The notes under the pieces were generated by a model. It saw only the letters and a program-made list of their open reading frames with translations, ran no database searches and had not been told where the DNA came from. A stretch of DNA of 59,229 nt, taken from the IMG/VR virus record IMGVR_UViG_3300028569_001325, positions 1-59,229 of that record. One strand, given 5' to 3'. The first letter of the stretch is position 1, and each line of letters starts with the position of its first letter. The translations under genes were made by a program, and so were the position numbers. Positions 1 to 8,902 of this stretch are shown here, piece by piece. Origin of the DNA: a virus (taxonomy: Duplodnaviria; Caudoviricetes).

Positions 1-948
1 CAAAAATTATCTAAAGATCCAGTTAAAGAATCAATAATAAGAAAAATAAGAAGAATGATAATGGAAGACTCAGGAAAAAAATTTGGCGATGACAACTTCA
101 AGCATTGGAAGGACACCTTTACTTTTAAATCTATGGATGAAAAAAATCCAGGACAGTATAAAGAAGTAAAAATTAACATGGAAGATGTTATGGATAGAGT
201 TAATCATTATAGAAAAAAATATGATGAGGACGATTCTTTTGTGAGGGCGGTAATTGATACTCACGAAGATGTTGTTAAAATTATGTTTACAAAAGATTTA
301 GCTCATCTACAAGAAAACTTTAAACCAAAAGGGTTGGTAATAATATTACAACAAATTAGAGAGTCTAGAGGTGAAATGGAAATATGGTCAGTTGCTAGAC
401 CTGCAAATGGGAACTGGTTTTTAGTTAAAGGTGATTACACCCCTAATCAATTGGTTAATATGGATTTAGAAAAAAATGAACCCCAACCAAAAGAAAAGGA
501 AGTTGACTCAAGAACAGAGGACGACTTAAAAAAAAAAGAAGTAACCGCACTACAAAGACTAAAAAATAATGAAAACGATGGTATTGATGAATTACCTAAA
601 CAAGTAAAAGATAAGATAAAAGAAAAGTTATCTAAGGGTTGGACAACCGAAGAACCATTCTTTGCGTTCACTCAGTTTTATGAAATTAGTGAAATTAATA
701 CGGTTTTTAATGATAAAATTAAAATATATAAATTAAAACCTTCTGATGAGTTTTTTAAATCTTTGGTTAGGGAGTCAGCGTCAATTAGACTTAAAAAAGG
801 TTTTTGTAAATCATTAGTTGAGATTAAAGACAAAACGGGGTTGGTTGAACGTCAACAAAAGGTTTTGGATCATTTTGTTAAAAAATGTGAAGATAAGTTC
901 GGTAATATCGAATTAAAAAAATATAGACAATCTAGATTTGATGATTAA
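1..948 (+). CDS. Hypothetical protein, 5'-truncated by the window edge
   Basis: Frame 1 is open from base 1 (QKLSKDPVKESIIRKIRRMIMED...) into the 55..948 ORF. No recognisable family. Confidence 0.75.
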   Translation, partial: QKLSKDPVKESIIRKIRRMIMEDSGKKFGDDNFKHWKDTFTFKSMDEKNPGQYKEVKINMEDVMDRVNHYRKKYDEDDSFVRAVIDTHEDVVKIMFTKDLAHLQENFKPKGLVIILQQIRESRGEMEIWSVARPANGNWFLVKGDYTPNQLVNMDLEKNEPQPKEKEVDSRTEDDLKKKEVTALQRLKNNENDGIDELPKQVKDKIKEKLSKGWTTEEPFFAFTQFYEISEINTVFNDKIKIYKLKPSDEFFKSLVRESASIRLKKGFCKSLVEIKDKTGLVERQQKVLDHFVKKCEDKFGNIELKKYRQSRFDD

Positions 949-2983
949 AAAAATTAACATATCGGAATCTGAAAGGGAAAAAATTTTAAACCTTCATAAA
1001 GTATTAAAAGAGGCTACCGGATTATCTATTGGAGGTAAAGTTTTAGACCTCAATAGTAATGAACCAATTTTTGACGCTAAAGTCACACTAACTTTGTCAA
1101 ACGCAACAAAGGGTTTGGCAAAAACCGATGAGGATGGTAATTTTAAATTTGATGGTTTAAGTTCGGGTGAGTATGTGGTATCTGGAGATGCAAAATCCAA
1201 AGGATATGTTACTATGAGTAATAGTATAAATTTAGTCGATAAGGACATTTTAGATTTTAAAATTTTATTATCCTCTAAAGTTACTGATTTTCAAGAGATT
1301 AACACAACAGTCACTAAATTAACTGTTTTAGATTTTATATTTATTGGTGCGGACGGTAAAGACATACCTAATGTATCCTATTCTTTATACAATAACAAAA
1401 AGAAACTTATAGGTACTTACACCTCTGAAACAGGTAGAAGTACATTAATGTTTAATTCTTTTGATTACCAAGTTAAAAAAGGTGAAACAATTACGTATCC
1501 AGAAAATAAAGAACGCGGGTATTTTTATAGCCCGGGTAAGTCGTGTGAAGAACAAAAAGAGTTAATCGTTGTTACTAACATAAAAGGATATATTGAAACT
1601 AAACAAAAAATAAATTTCTGTTTAAATAATGGATCATATAGCACTGTAGTTTCAAAAGAAGAGGGTAACATTACCGTTACACCGACAGATAGTGAAACAG
1701 GAATACCAACAAAATATTCAAAACATTTAAATAGTAACGTATTTAAAACTGAACTTTTAACTCCTAAAATATCTGCTAAATTATCAACATTTGATACTAA
1801 CGATAAGATATTACCAAATGTTAAAATAGACGTTTATAAAGATAAAGATAGACAAGTACTTTTCCAATCTTTAGAAACAAACCAAAATGGTGAAACTAAT
1901 TTAAATATTACCACAGGTAATTTTGAATTATTTAACGATGAAAACGATCCTGTTAAAAAAGTAAGACTTTTTTTTGATCTTAGAAAAGATGGGTATAAAC
2001 CAATGTCAGGATATGGAGCCATTAAATATGGGAAAGAGGAGACTTATTCGTGGAACTTGGTACCAATTAAGGTACCAAAAGTTAAAGTACCAAAACCACC
2101 AAAAGAAATTAAAATTGGTGAGTGTAGAAGACTAACTAAAAGTTATCATAGAGATTTAGTATCCATTATAAGAAAAGAAACCACCATATCTGAGTTAGGT
2201 GGTAATGATGTGATAGATGAGAACAGAAATCAAGTACAGTGGTGTTTTATGCGATACAAAGATAGTTACTCAGAAAATATGAAAAAACTAATCAATAAAT
2301 TAACTAACGTACCACCATACTTAGATATTTTTGAACTTAGGTTTACACTTCAACAACAAAGAGATATTTATAAGGAAAATAGAGATATGAATATAGGACA
2401 AACAATAAGAAAAGTAATCTCTGAGCAGACAGAAAAAAAATCATTATTAAATAAAGAATCAAATATTATTAAAAAAAGACTTCAATTTGTTTTGGAATCA
2501 TCTAATAGAAGATATTTAAAAACAAATCTTTTAAGTGAAAGTAGAGAATTAATTTCAAAGGGTTATGATAGAAAATTAGTTAAAGAAAACTTTTTAGAAA
2601 TTATGAATACTATGAAAGATTCTGGAAAGGATTTTATTAGTGATGTAAAAAATCAATTAGGACAAAAAATTGCAGATACAGTTAAGGATAAACAACAAGA
2701 ACATGAAATGATTTTAACGGCATTTAATGAATTGGATCCACAAGTTATCGAGAGAGCATTTAAAGAGAACCGATCTGACGAATTAAGTGAGATTATTTCA
2801 AAAAAAGCGTTAGAAGATTATAAAAATCAATTTGGAGAAGGTGGAATATTTGGATCTATGGTTGCAAGTGTTGACCCTAACAAATTTAAAACTGAAGTTG
2901 CTAAGTTAGTACAAACGGCAATTGACGCGATTTCCACCGAAATGGACAGTAAAGTCCAAGACGCCGTTGGTGGAGAAGATTAA
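938..2983 (+). CDS. Putative virion protein with carboxypeptidase-regulatory/Cna-B-like beta-sandwich domains; possible internal second start at 2387
   Basis: GKVLD..SNEPIFDAKVTL...AKTDEDGNFKFDGLSSGEYVVS matches the CarboxypepD_reg-like pattern, with two degenerate repeats after it. N-terminal IKKINISESEREKILNLH leader. Confidence 0.65.
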   Translation: MMIKKINISESEREKILNLHKVLKEATGLSIGGKVLDLNSNEPIFDAKVTLTLSNATKGLAKTDEDGNFKFDGLSSGEYVVSGDAKSKGYVTMSNSINLVDKDILDFKILLSSKVTDFQEINTTVTKLTVLDFIFIGADGKDIPNVSYSLYNNKKKLIGTYTSETGRSTLMFNSFDYQVKKGETITYPENKERGYFYSPGKSCEEQKELIVVTNIKGYIETKQKINFCLNNGSYSTVVSKEEGNITVTPTDSETGIPTKYSKHLNSNVFKTELLTPKISAKLSTFDTNDKILPNVKIDVYKDKDRQVLFQSLETNQNGETNLNITTGNFELFNDENDPVKKVRLFFDLRKDGYKPMSGYGAIKYGKEETYSWNLVPIKVPKVKVPKPPKEIKIGECRRLTKSYHRDLVSIIRKETTISELGGNDVIDENRNQVQWCFMRYKDSYSENMKKLINKLTNVPPYLDIFELRFTLQQQRDIYKENRDMNIGQTIRKVISEQTEKKSLLNKESNIIKKRLQFVLESSNRRYLKTNLLSESRELISKGYDRKLVKENFLEIMNTMKDSGKDFISDVKNQLGQKIADTVKDKQQEHEMILTAFNELDPQVIERAFKENRSDELSEIISKKALEDYKNQFGEGGIFGSMVASVDPNKFKTEVAKLVQTAIDAISTEMDSKVQDAVGGED

Positions 2984-2995
2984 AAAAACGGCTTT

Positions 2996-3095
2996 ATTTA
3001 GGAATCAAGAGGTAGTTCTCTTTTTTCATAAACCTTAAAGTAAGGGAGGTGTTCTAAAATCTAAGAAAGGTATCCGAAAGGATACCTTTTCTTTT
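2996..3095 (+). ncRNA. Candidate structured 3'-UTR/sRNA carrying an extended anti-16S (super-SD) element
   Basis: Hairpins AAGAG/CTCTT (3007-3022) and CCTTA/TAAGG (3033-3045); closing stem TTTAGGA/TTCTAAA; AAGGGAGGTGTTCTA at 3042-3056; ends in a terminator. Confidence 0.35.
3064..3095 (+). terminator. Rho-independent terminator
   Basis: Stem AAAGGTATCC, GAAA loop, GGATACCTTT, followed by a T-rich tail. Confidence 0.85.
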
Positions 3096-3113
3096 ATACA
3101 GGTATTTATAAAT

Positions 3114-3467
3114 ATGGAATTTTTTATAAGAAAAAAGGCAACCTTACCCATATTAGAAGTTGACATCATTAAAGATGGTAGATTAGATTATAACCATAAA
3201 TTAAATCTAAGTGGAGCGACTATTACATTTTCTATGAGAGATGTTGATACGGGATTTTATAAAGTAACAAATGGGGTTTGTACATACTCAGTTGAAAACG
3301 AATCTGTTTACTACCAATTAACCAAACGAAACACCTCAAAGGTAGGTAGATTCGAGGGTGAGTTTAATATAACAACTTCTCAAGGGTTAATTATTTTACC
3401 TCTGAGAGATAGATTATATATTAACGTTATAGACTCATTTGTGGATTCAGAATTCTGTTGTAGGTAG
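3114..3467 (+). CDS. Small Ig-like virion protein (BppU N-terminal-like)
   Basis: FFIRKKATLPILEV...GATITFSM...GRFEGEFNIT pattern; TATTTAT motif 4 nt upstream. Confidence 0.5.
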   Translation: MEFFIRKKATLPILEVDIIKDGRLDYNHKLNLSGATITFSMRDVDTGFYKVTNGVCTYSVENESVYYQLTKRNTSKVGRFEGEFNITTSQGLIILPLRDRLYINVIDSFVDSEFCCR

Positions 3468-3945
3468 AAGGTGTAAAATAAATTCTTTCTTTAGTTCCCA
3501 CAATTTGTTTATACCACAACCCATCACCATCCATCCACACGTATGGGTCTTCAGGATTATCAGTCCACCCCTGTTTTGTATAACATTCAAAATCTTTACG
3601 TAAAAGGTTTGATCTGTGAGACGAATGGAACTCTTCGTTACCCAACCAATGAGGTAAAACAAACTCACCTTCAATTGTTTCATACTCCATTGTGTTCTTA
3701 AATCCACGATCTTTCCACACGTCAATACAATCGTTATAATATTGTTTAAGAGCGTTTACGTAGTCTCTCCACATCACAGAACAAGGGTGAGATGTCCAAC
3801 CTTTATACGGTTGTCCATTCTTTTTTGGTCTACCTGTGATTGCTGAGATAATTTGGTAAGCTTCGACACGTTGTTTACCTAAACGTTTGTTATCAAGAGA
3901 CTCTAATGATTTTCTAAAATCGGAATAAGGAAGGAATGTTTGCAT
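3427..3945 (-). CDS. Pyrimidine-dimer DNA glycosylase / endonuclease V-like protein (MSMEG_6728 family)
   Basis: MQTFLPY..F...LD.KRLGKQRVE..QI, HP...MW and SHRSNLLRKD motifs. True start at 3945 rather than 4056, directly behind a TATATTTG promoter. Confidence 0.8.
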   Translation of the reverse strand: MQTFLPYSDFRKSLESLDNKRLGKQRVEAYQIISAITGRPKKNGQPYKGWTSHPCSVMWRDYVNALKQYYNDCIDVWKDRGFKNTMEYETIEGEFVLPHWLGNEEFHSSHRSNLLRKDFECYTKQGWTDNPEDPYVWMDGDGLWYKQIVGTKERIYFTPSTYNRILNPQMSL

Positions 3946-3950
3946 ATATA

Positions 3951-3981
3951 CAAATATAGATATATTTATTAATGACACAAA
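3951..3981 (-). promoter_or_regulatory. Bacteroidota sigma-A-type promoter
   Basis: Minus strand TTTG-N19-TATATTTG matches the -33/-7 consensus TTTG-N19-21-TAnnTTTG. Confidence 0.75.
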
Positions 3982-3988
3982 ATTTTTT

Positions 3989-5269
3989 ATGAAAATAATT
4001 CTTACAGAAAAACAAATTAAAGAACTAAATAATGAGATTAGTAGAACTAAAACCAATAATAGTATTATTGAAGAAATTAGTTTTATTAAAAAAGTCTTAT
4101 TTTCCTATGTTAACTCATCACAACAATCAGATAAAGAAAAATTATTATTTGTTGAGAACTATATAAATGAGATAAATAACAAATTAAAAATAAGTAACAA
4201 TCTATTTGAGGTAAAAAAAGGTAATGTTCATATTAATGAACAAACTGTAAAAAACAAAATAAAAAACTCATTTACCTTAATTGAAAGTAGGGTAAGTAAT
4301 CTTGGACTAATTAAAGAAGCTGGTGAAGTTGTAAATCCTATAGAACAAATTGATTTTGGACAACAAACACCTGAAACAGTCGAATTGGATGCTGAGATTG
4401 CGTCAGATAATGATGCTAACGAGTTCTGGACCCAATGTGGGATGACTCCACCAAACCCCAACGAAACTACAGAAAAACTAATAGAAAAGTGTAAAACAAT
4501 TATAATAAAAAATCAACCATTTTATAGAAACGCACTTGAAAGGGGTTGGGATAATCTTAAAGAATCTGGATTATTGATGAGTGGTGCTACCGCTGCCGCT
4601 AAATATTTTGGATTTAAACTAAAAGAAAAAAAAGAAGAGAAGGAAGGGGCAAAACCGGCTGAAGGTAATAAATTTTTAAATTGGATTAAACAATTTAAAT
4701 GGTCGGCGTTTTTTGAAGGGATGAGAAACGTACTACAAAGTTCTGGAGGACAATTAATACAAAAATTTCTTACATCAACAGGGGTGGGGGCTATTGGTGT
4801 TACCGCAGCTTGGGGTATTATTACTCTTTATGATGTATGGAATTTAATAAAGGGTACAGGTAATTGGTTTAACTTAATTATAGATGTAATATCAATTGCC
4901 AGTGGTGGTTGGGTAGGTAATAAATTATCTGCATTAAAAAATATGGTAGCAAACAACATTGATGATGTCGTTAAAGTGATTTCTAAAAATAAAACTGTGA
5001 GGGCACTAATAAAACCACTTTTAAAACAAATCTCAAATTTAGATAGTTGGTTAAAGAGTACAATGGAATGGGCGAAGAAAAAGATAAAGGCTGATTGGTT
5101 GGGTGAAGCTGGAAGTGGTGTGAGTATGGTGACTACTGATTTATCTTCAAAATTAGAGACAGAAATAACAAATGCGGAAAATGAAGAAAAAACTGAAACT
5201 CCCCCACCTGTAAATTCAACTCCCCCACCTGTAAATTCAACTCCCCCACCTGTAAATTCAAAGACATAA
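3989..5269 (+). CDS. Hypothetical (putative head-internal) protein with a Gly-rich hydrophobic segment and a C-terminal TPPPVNS repeat
   Basis: 426-aa ORF; MKIILTEKQ leader; hydrophobic stretch GVGAIGVTAAWGIITLYDVW...LIIDVISIASGG. Confidence 0.7.
   Translation: MKIILTEKQIKELNNEISRTKTNNSIIEEISFIKKVLFSYVNSSQQSDKEKLLFVENYINEINNKLKISNNLFEVKKGNVHINEQTVKNKIKNSFTLIESRVSNLGLIKEAGEVVNPIEQIDFGQQTPETVELDAEIASDNDANEFWTQCGMTPPNPNETTEKLIEKCKTIIIKNQPFYRNALERGWDNLKESGLLMSGATAAAKYFGFKLKEKKEEKEGAKPAEGNKFLNWIKQFKWSAFFEGMRNVLQSSGGQLIQKFLTSTGVGAIGVTAAWGIITLYDVWNLIKGTGNWFNLIIDVISIASGGWVGNKLSALKNMVANNIDDVVKVISKNKTVRALIKPLLKQISNLDSWLKSTMEWAKKKIKADWLGEAGSGVSMVTTDLSSKLETEITNAENEEKTETPPPVNSTPPPVNSTPPPVNSKT
5198..5260 (+). 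repeat. 21-bp tandem repeat x3 (ACTCCCCCACCTGTAAATTCA) encoding TPPPVNS
   Basis: Three identical in-frame copies with no spacers. Confidence 0.95.
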
Positions 5270-5314
5270 ATGTATTTTTTTAAAAAATGATATATTTATA
5301 TTAAAAATATTATA

Positions 5315-6109
5315 ATGATGAAAAATAAATTGTACTTAGAAAGATTAATTAAAAAAGCATTAATGGAGCAAAATGAAACGGGTGGTCCGCCACCTGTAAA
5401 ACCCGGAACCCCACCACCAGTATCAAGTACTCCCGAAGCTAGCTACTACGTAAGTATTGGGGGGAAAGATAGTGATCAAAAACAATATACCCCAACACAG
5501 ATGAAAAGTATGAATTTATCTGGGGAGGACAAAGTTTGGAAAACCGGTTATTCTGATTGGAAACCAATTAAAGATGTTCCTGAATTAAGTAGTGTTATTT
5601 CAGCATCGCCAGATAAACAAGCATCACCACAACAAAATACAACAACACAAACCACAGAAGAGAAACAAGTTGAGACTTTTTTTAATTACTGCCCAAAAAT
5701 CAAAGGTTTATTAGATCAGGCGGCTAAAAAAATATTAGATTTAACCAACCAAGAGATTAATTCTGCAGAATCAGTAGAGAAAGCTGAAGAAATACGAAAC
5801 AATGCATTTGAAAAAATGGGTGCCGATAATAAAAAAAATCTTGTTCATTGTAAATCAGAATTAAAAGGTTCGGGGAGAGGTGATATTCAACAAATACTTG
5901 CAAAATTTGAACCTGCAATTAAAACATTACTGAATAAAACCGCTGCTGATTTAGGTAAAAAGGCATTATCTGGTGGTGTTAATTTATTGGTTGGGTTGGT
6001 AACTAAAAAAATTGGTGGTGTATCAAACGCTGTTTCAGAAAGTTTAATTAAAAAGAACACAAAAAACCACTTAATTGAGGTTTACAATAGAAAAAATAGA
6101 AGAAGATAA
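5315..6109 (+). CDS. GYF_2 (DUF4339)-domain protein
   Basis: YYVSIGG...QYTPTQMKSMNLSGEDKVWKTGYSDWKPIKDVPEL fits the GYF_2 VW..G..W.P..VPEL signature. Confidence 0.65.
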   Translation: MMKNKLYLERLIKKALMEQNETGGPPPVKPGTPPPVSSTPEASYYVSIGGKDSDQKQYTPTQMKSMNLSGEDKVWKTGYSDWKPIKDVPELSSVISASPDKQASPQQNTTTQTTEEKQVETFFNYCPKIKGLLDQAAKKILDLTNQEINSAESVEKAEEIRNNAFEKMGADNKKNLVHCKSELKGSGRGDIQQILAKFEPAIKTLLNKTAADLGKKALSGGVNLLVGLVTKKIGGVSNAVSESLIKKNTKNHLIEVYNRKNRRR

Positions 6110-6128
6110 TAAAAATAATAATAAAAAG

Positions 6129-6158
6129 AAAAACCCACTTCAAAAGAGTGGGTTTTTT
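6129..6158. terminator. Bidirectional Rho-independent terminator between 5315..6109 and tmRNA
   Basis: AAAAACCCACT-loop-AGTGGGTTTTTT, with A- and T-runs on both sides. Confidence 0.85.
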
Positions 6159-6161
6159 AAT

Positions 6162-6572
6162 TGGTGGAGGTGCGGAGGCTCGAACTCCGGTCCATAATAT
6201 CCTGTCAGATAAGGACTACACGTTTAGGTTGACATTTTCTAATGTCCCAAAATATTCAATTTTTAACTTGACTGAAAACAAGATTAGTTTGTTCTTCATT
6301 ATCGTAAACCAACAACCAATAAACGACTCGATTTCGGGTTCAGTCGTATTCCACCTTAAAGGACTTCTGTTGCTAGGTTATATGTCCACCGACCCCCGTT
6401 TCCGTGCTTAACTTAAGCTACAGTAACTTGCTCAGTTGCAATTAAACCAACCACTGAAAGGTTATCTAGTACGTTGCCGTATATAAGTGTGAATCAGTTT
6501 TTAAAGAGATTAATTCAGTCTCTACGTGCCCTTATTCCTCAGCCAATACCTGTCAAATCCATAAACACCCCC
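6162..6572 (-). ncRNA. ssrA: tmRNA; tag ORF at 6478..6413 encoding GNVLDNLSVVGLIATEQVTVA*
   Basis: 5' GGGGGTG..GGATTTGAC and 3' GGAC-CGGAG-TTCGAGC-CTCCG-CACCTCC-A-CCA. The acceptor stem has the G3.U70 Ala identity pair. Helix 2 AATAAGGGCACGT/ACGTGTAGTCCTTAT; pk1 GAGA/TCTC and TGAATTA/TGATTCA. Confidence 0.95.
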
Positions 6573-6596
6573 ATAATTCAAAGAACTTTCGTTTCT

Positions 6597-6634
6597 ATAA
6601 ATACAAAGATAATATATTTGTTTTGATTATTCAA
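6597..6634 (-). promoter_or_regulatory. Tandem promoters for tmRNA: host-type TATCTTTG (6604-6611) and phage TATTTAT (6597-6603)
   Basis: Minus strand TTG-N20-TATCTTTG immediately followed by TATTTAT, 25-40 nt upstream of the tmRNA 5' end. Confidence 0.6.
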
Positions 6635-6649
6635 TATATTTATATGAAT

Positions 6650-7807
6650 ATGTTTAAAAAAAGATTTCTATACGAACAAGAAGAGGAAGTTGAATTAAAT
6701 GATTTTCAAAAAATCCTTGCGCTTAATAAAAGACGAATAAGTCCTTCCGATGTTGAGTTTTATAACTCAGAGGGTGAAGATTTTTCAGATCACATAGATA
6801 TAACTTATGACGGGATATTATTTAATTTTGATGGGTTAAAAGATTTTTTACAGTTCTTTTTTCCTGATTATTATGATGATGGAGAATATGATGCTAGTAC
6901 TTATGAGTGGATGTATGGGGGAAATTATGATTGGTATGACGAGTTTTATAATAGAGCATATGATGATTGGAAAGAGGGATATATAGTTTCTGCAATTAAA
7001 AGTGAGAGTTTAAAAAAATTAAAGGAGATATTCAATTATGTTGTCCCACATATTGGTAAATACATAGAAGAAAAAGAAGGAATATATAGTATTACTGATA
7101 GTTCTGGTGAATTAGCAATCACCAATTTTTTAGGAACTTTAGGGGTTGATGATGAAGTCTCAGAAGCATATATTGATGCACAAGTGGCTGCGGTAAGGGA
7201 TTCTGTTCCTAAATATATTAAAGACAACCACTGTAATTGTTTAACTGATGTCGGTATAGAAAATTATTCTGAAAGACACTGTTTTTGGAAATATGAAATG
7301 GATTGGGGTTCTGCAATTTTATTATTTGCTCGTTTTGGTACTGAAAACGATAAACTTTTAGATTTATTATTTGAAGGAATAAAAAATTCTAACGTTAGTC
7401 ATCTTCCTGAGTCTTACGAAATTCAACATTATTGTTGGGATCAAGACGAGTTTAATAGAACTTACGTTCGTGAATTGGATAGAGTTTTTAATAAACTTGA
7501 AGAAAAACTTGAAGATAGTGATTTATATAATAAAGAATACCTTAAAGTAATTGATAAAGTTTCAAGAATTGGTGGTGTAGATACGTGGATTAAAGCAAAA
7601 AATCAAAAAGTCCAAGTTAAAATTAATAACATTGATCCAGAAACTTTAAAAATAGATTTTAGTGTTACCCAAGGTAATAATTGGGCAGCAAAAAAAGGTA
7701 GGTCAACTATAGACGATATAATTAACCTACTTAATAATGAAAGTATGTATGGTGCTGAGGAATTTAGAGAACACTATTTAAAATTTCTTCAAAAGACGAT
7801 TCTTTAA
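6650..7807 (+). CDS. Acidic hypothetical protein
   Basis: Long ORF; start moved to ATG 6650 (or 6644) behind TATTTAT at 6637-6643. Confidence 0.7.
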   Translation: MFKKRFLYEQEEEVELNDFQKILALNKRRISPSDVEFYNSEGEDFSDHIDITYDGILFNFDGLKDFLQFFFPDYYDDGEYDASTYEWMYGGNYDWYDEFYNRAYDDWKEGYIVSAIKSESLKKLKEIFNYVVPHIGKYIEEKEGIYSITDSSGELAITNFLGTLGVDDEVSEAYIDAQVAAVRDSVPKYIKDNHCNCLTDVGIENYSERHCFWKYEMDWGSAILLFARFGTENDKLLDLLFEGIKNSNVSHLPESYEIQHYCWDQDEFNRTYVRELDRVFNKLEEKLEDSDLYNKEYLKVIDKVSRIGGVDTWIKAKNQKVQVKINNIDPETLKIDFSVTQGNNWAAKKGRSTIDDIINLLNNESMYGAEEFREHYLKFLQKTIL

Positions 7808-8833
7808 GATTTCAAAAAGATAAGGTAAATCATCATCAGTAATAAAAACTGATGTACCATCATATATTTCTGAAATTGTAACACCGTCTTTTTCTTCAAT
7901 TACATCAACACTTTCCAATTGGTGAATATCTTCTTCTGAGTAATTATCCAAATCATCATCATCAAAATCAATTAAAGAATTCATAACGGTTTGTGATGTG
8001 TAAACAATCGGTTTATAAACAAACTCGTATTTTTTATACCCAAGTTCTTTAACCATATTTTTTCCAGCCTCAATTGCGTTTTTAACATCATCAATTGAAA
8101 TGAATTCTTGACTTGAGTGCATGTTATAGTAACCACAAGACATATTGATACAGGATACGTCAGATTTCTTCTTCAATTGCGAAACATCAGTATATGGGTG
8201 TGATTGAACCATCATCTCATTTCCAAACGACTCCTCAATTACCTTTAATGACTTTTCAAAAAACTCACTGTCACGATCAAACAAACGAACTCCCGAGCAA
8301 ATCTCGGAGATTAGATGGTTACCTGGAGCATCATATTGTGTGATATACCCAACATCTTTCAAAAAGTTCTCATCACATTTTGAAGATCCGTGACATCCCG
8401 TTTCTTCAGAAACAAATAACCCAATTTTTACTTTGTCTAATTGTTTAAGTAATTCTAAACAAATAAAGATTCCACATTTATCATCTCCACCAATACCTGT
8501 TGGGTTATCGTTCTCGTCATACGCTTTCAAACAATCAACCTCATTATTATCAAATGTTTTGCCGAACGTATTTGGACGAACAAGTTTTTCTTCTTTGACA
8601 ACAATTTTATCAATTTTCATATGAACGGTATCAGTATGAGCAATAAACATTGGGTAAGACTCTCCTTCTGAAAGTTCTCCTTTTGTTGCATATACATTCA
8701 TCATTTCGTCTCTGTAATACGTAACCCCTTCAATGTTGTCCAATTCAGAACAAATATATTCCACCATATCCTCTTCTTGATACGTTTTTGATGGTACTGA
8801 TAATAATTCTTTAAATTTTTCTAAATTGAACAT
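7778..8833 (-). CDS. M28/M20/M42-type zinc metallopeptidase
   Basis: AHTDTVH, GGDDKCG, SEETG, D and YNMH metal-ligand motifs. Confidence 0.85.
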   Translation of the reverse strand: MFNLEKFKELLSVPSKTYQEEDMVEYICSELDNIEGVTYYRDEMMNVYATKGELSEGESYPMFIAHTDTVHMKIDKIVVKEEKLVRPNTFGKTFDNNEVDCLKAYDENDNPTGIGGDDKCGIFICLELLKQLDKVKIGLFVSEETGCHGSSKCDENFLKDVGYITQYDAPGNHLISEICSGVRLFDRDSEFFEKSLKVIEESFGNEMMVQSHPYTDVSQLKKKSDVSCINMSCGYYNMHSSQEFISIDDVKNAIEAGKNMVKELGYKKYEFVYKPIVYTSQTVMNSLIDFDDDDLDNYSEEDIHQLESVDVIEEKDGVTISEIYDGTSVFITDDDLPYLFEILKNRLLKKF

Positions 8834-8848
8834 TGTGTCTCTTTTTTA

Positions 8849-8856
8849 CAAAGATA
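8849..8856 (-). promoter_or_regulatory. Bacteroidota -7 promoter element for the peptidase
   Basis: TATCTTTG on the minus strand, 15 nt upstream of the ATG. Confidence 0.65.
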
Positions 8857-8902
8857 ATAAACTTTTTCTAATTATTAACATATTTATAAATAAAATATTA
8901 AT

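Noticed and set aside
2996-3060. Hammerhead ribozyme
   Set aside because: There is a three-stem layout, but no CUGANGA core on either strand.
3946-4056. Hydrophobic N-terminal extension on the glycosylase ORF (similar upstream extensions at 6623, 14455, 31585 and 45083)
   Set aside because: These are artefacts of longest-ORF calling; the extensions run across promoter motifs or neighbouring genes.
6162-6200. Stand-alone tRNA-Ala
   Set aside because: The T-arm and CCA belong to the tmRNA; there is no anticodon arm, and no other tRNA was noticed in the window.
6148-6411. 87-aa plus-strand ORF
   Set aside because: It is antisense to the tmRNA and starts inside a terminator; spurious.
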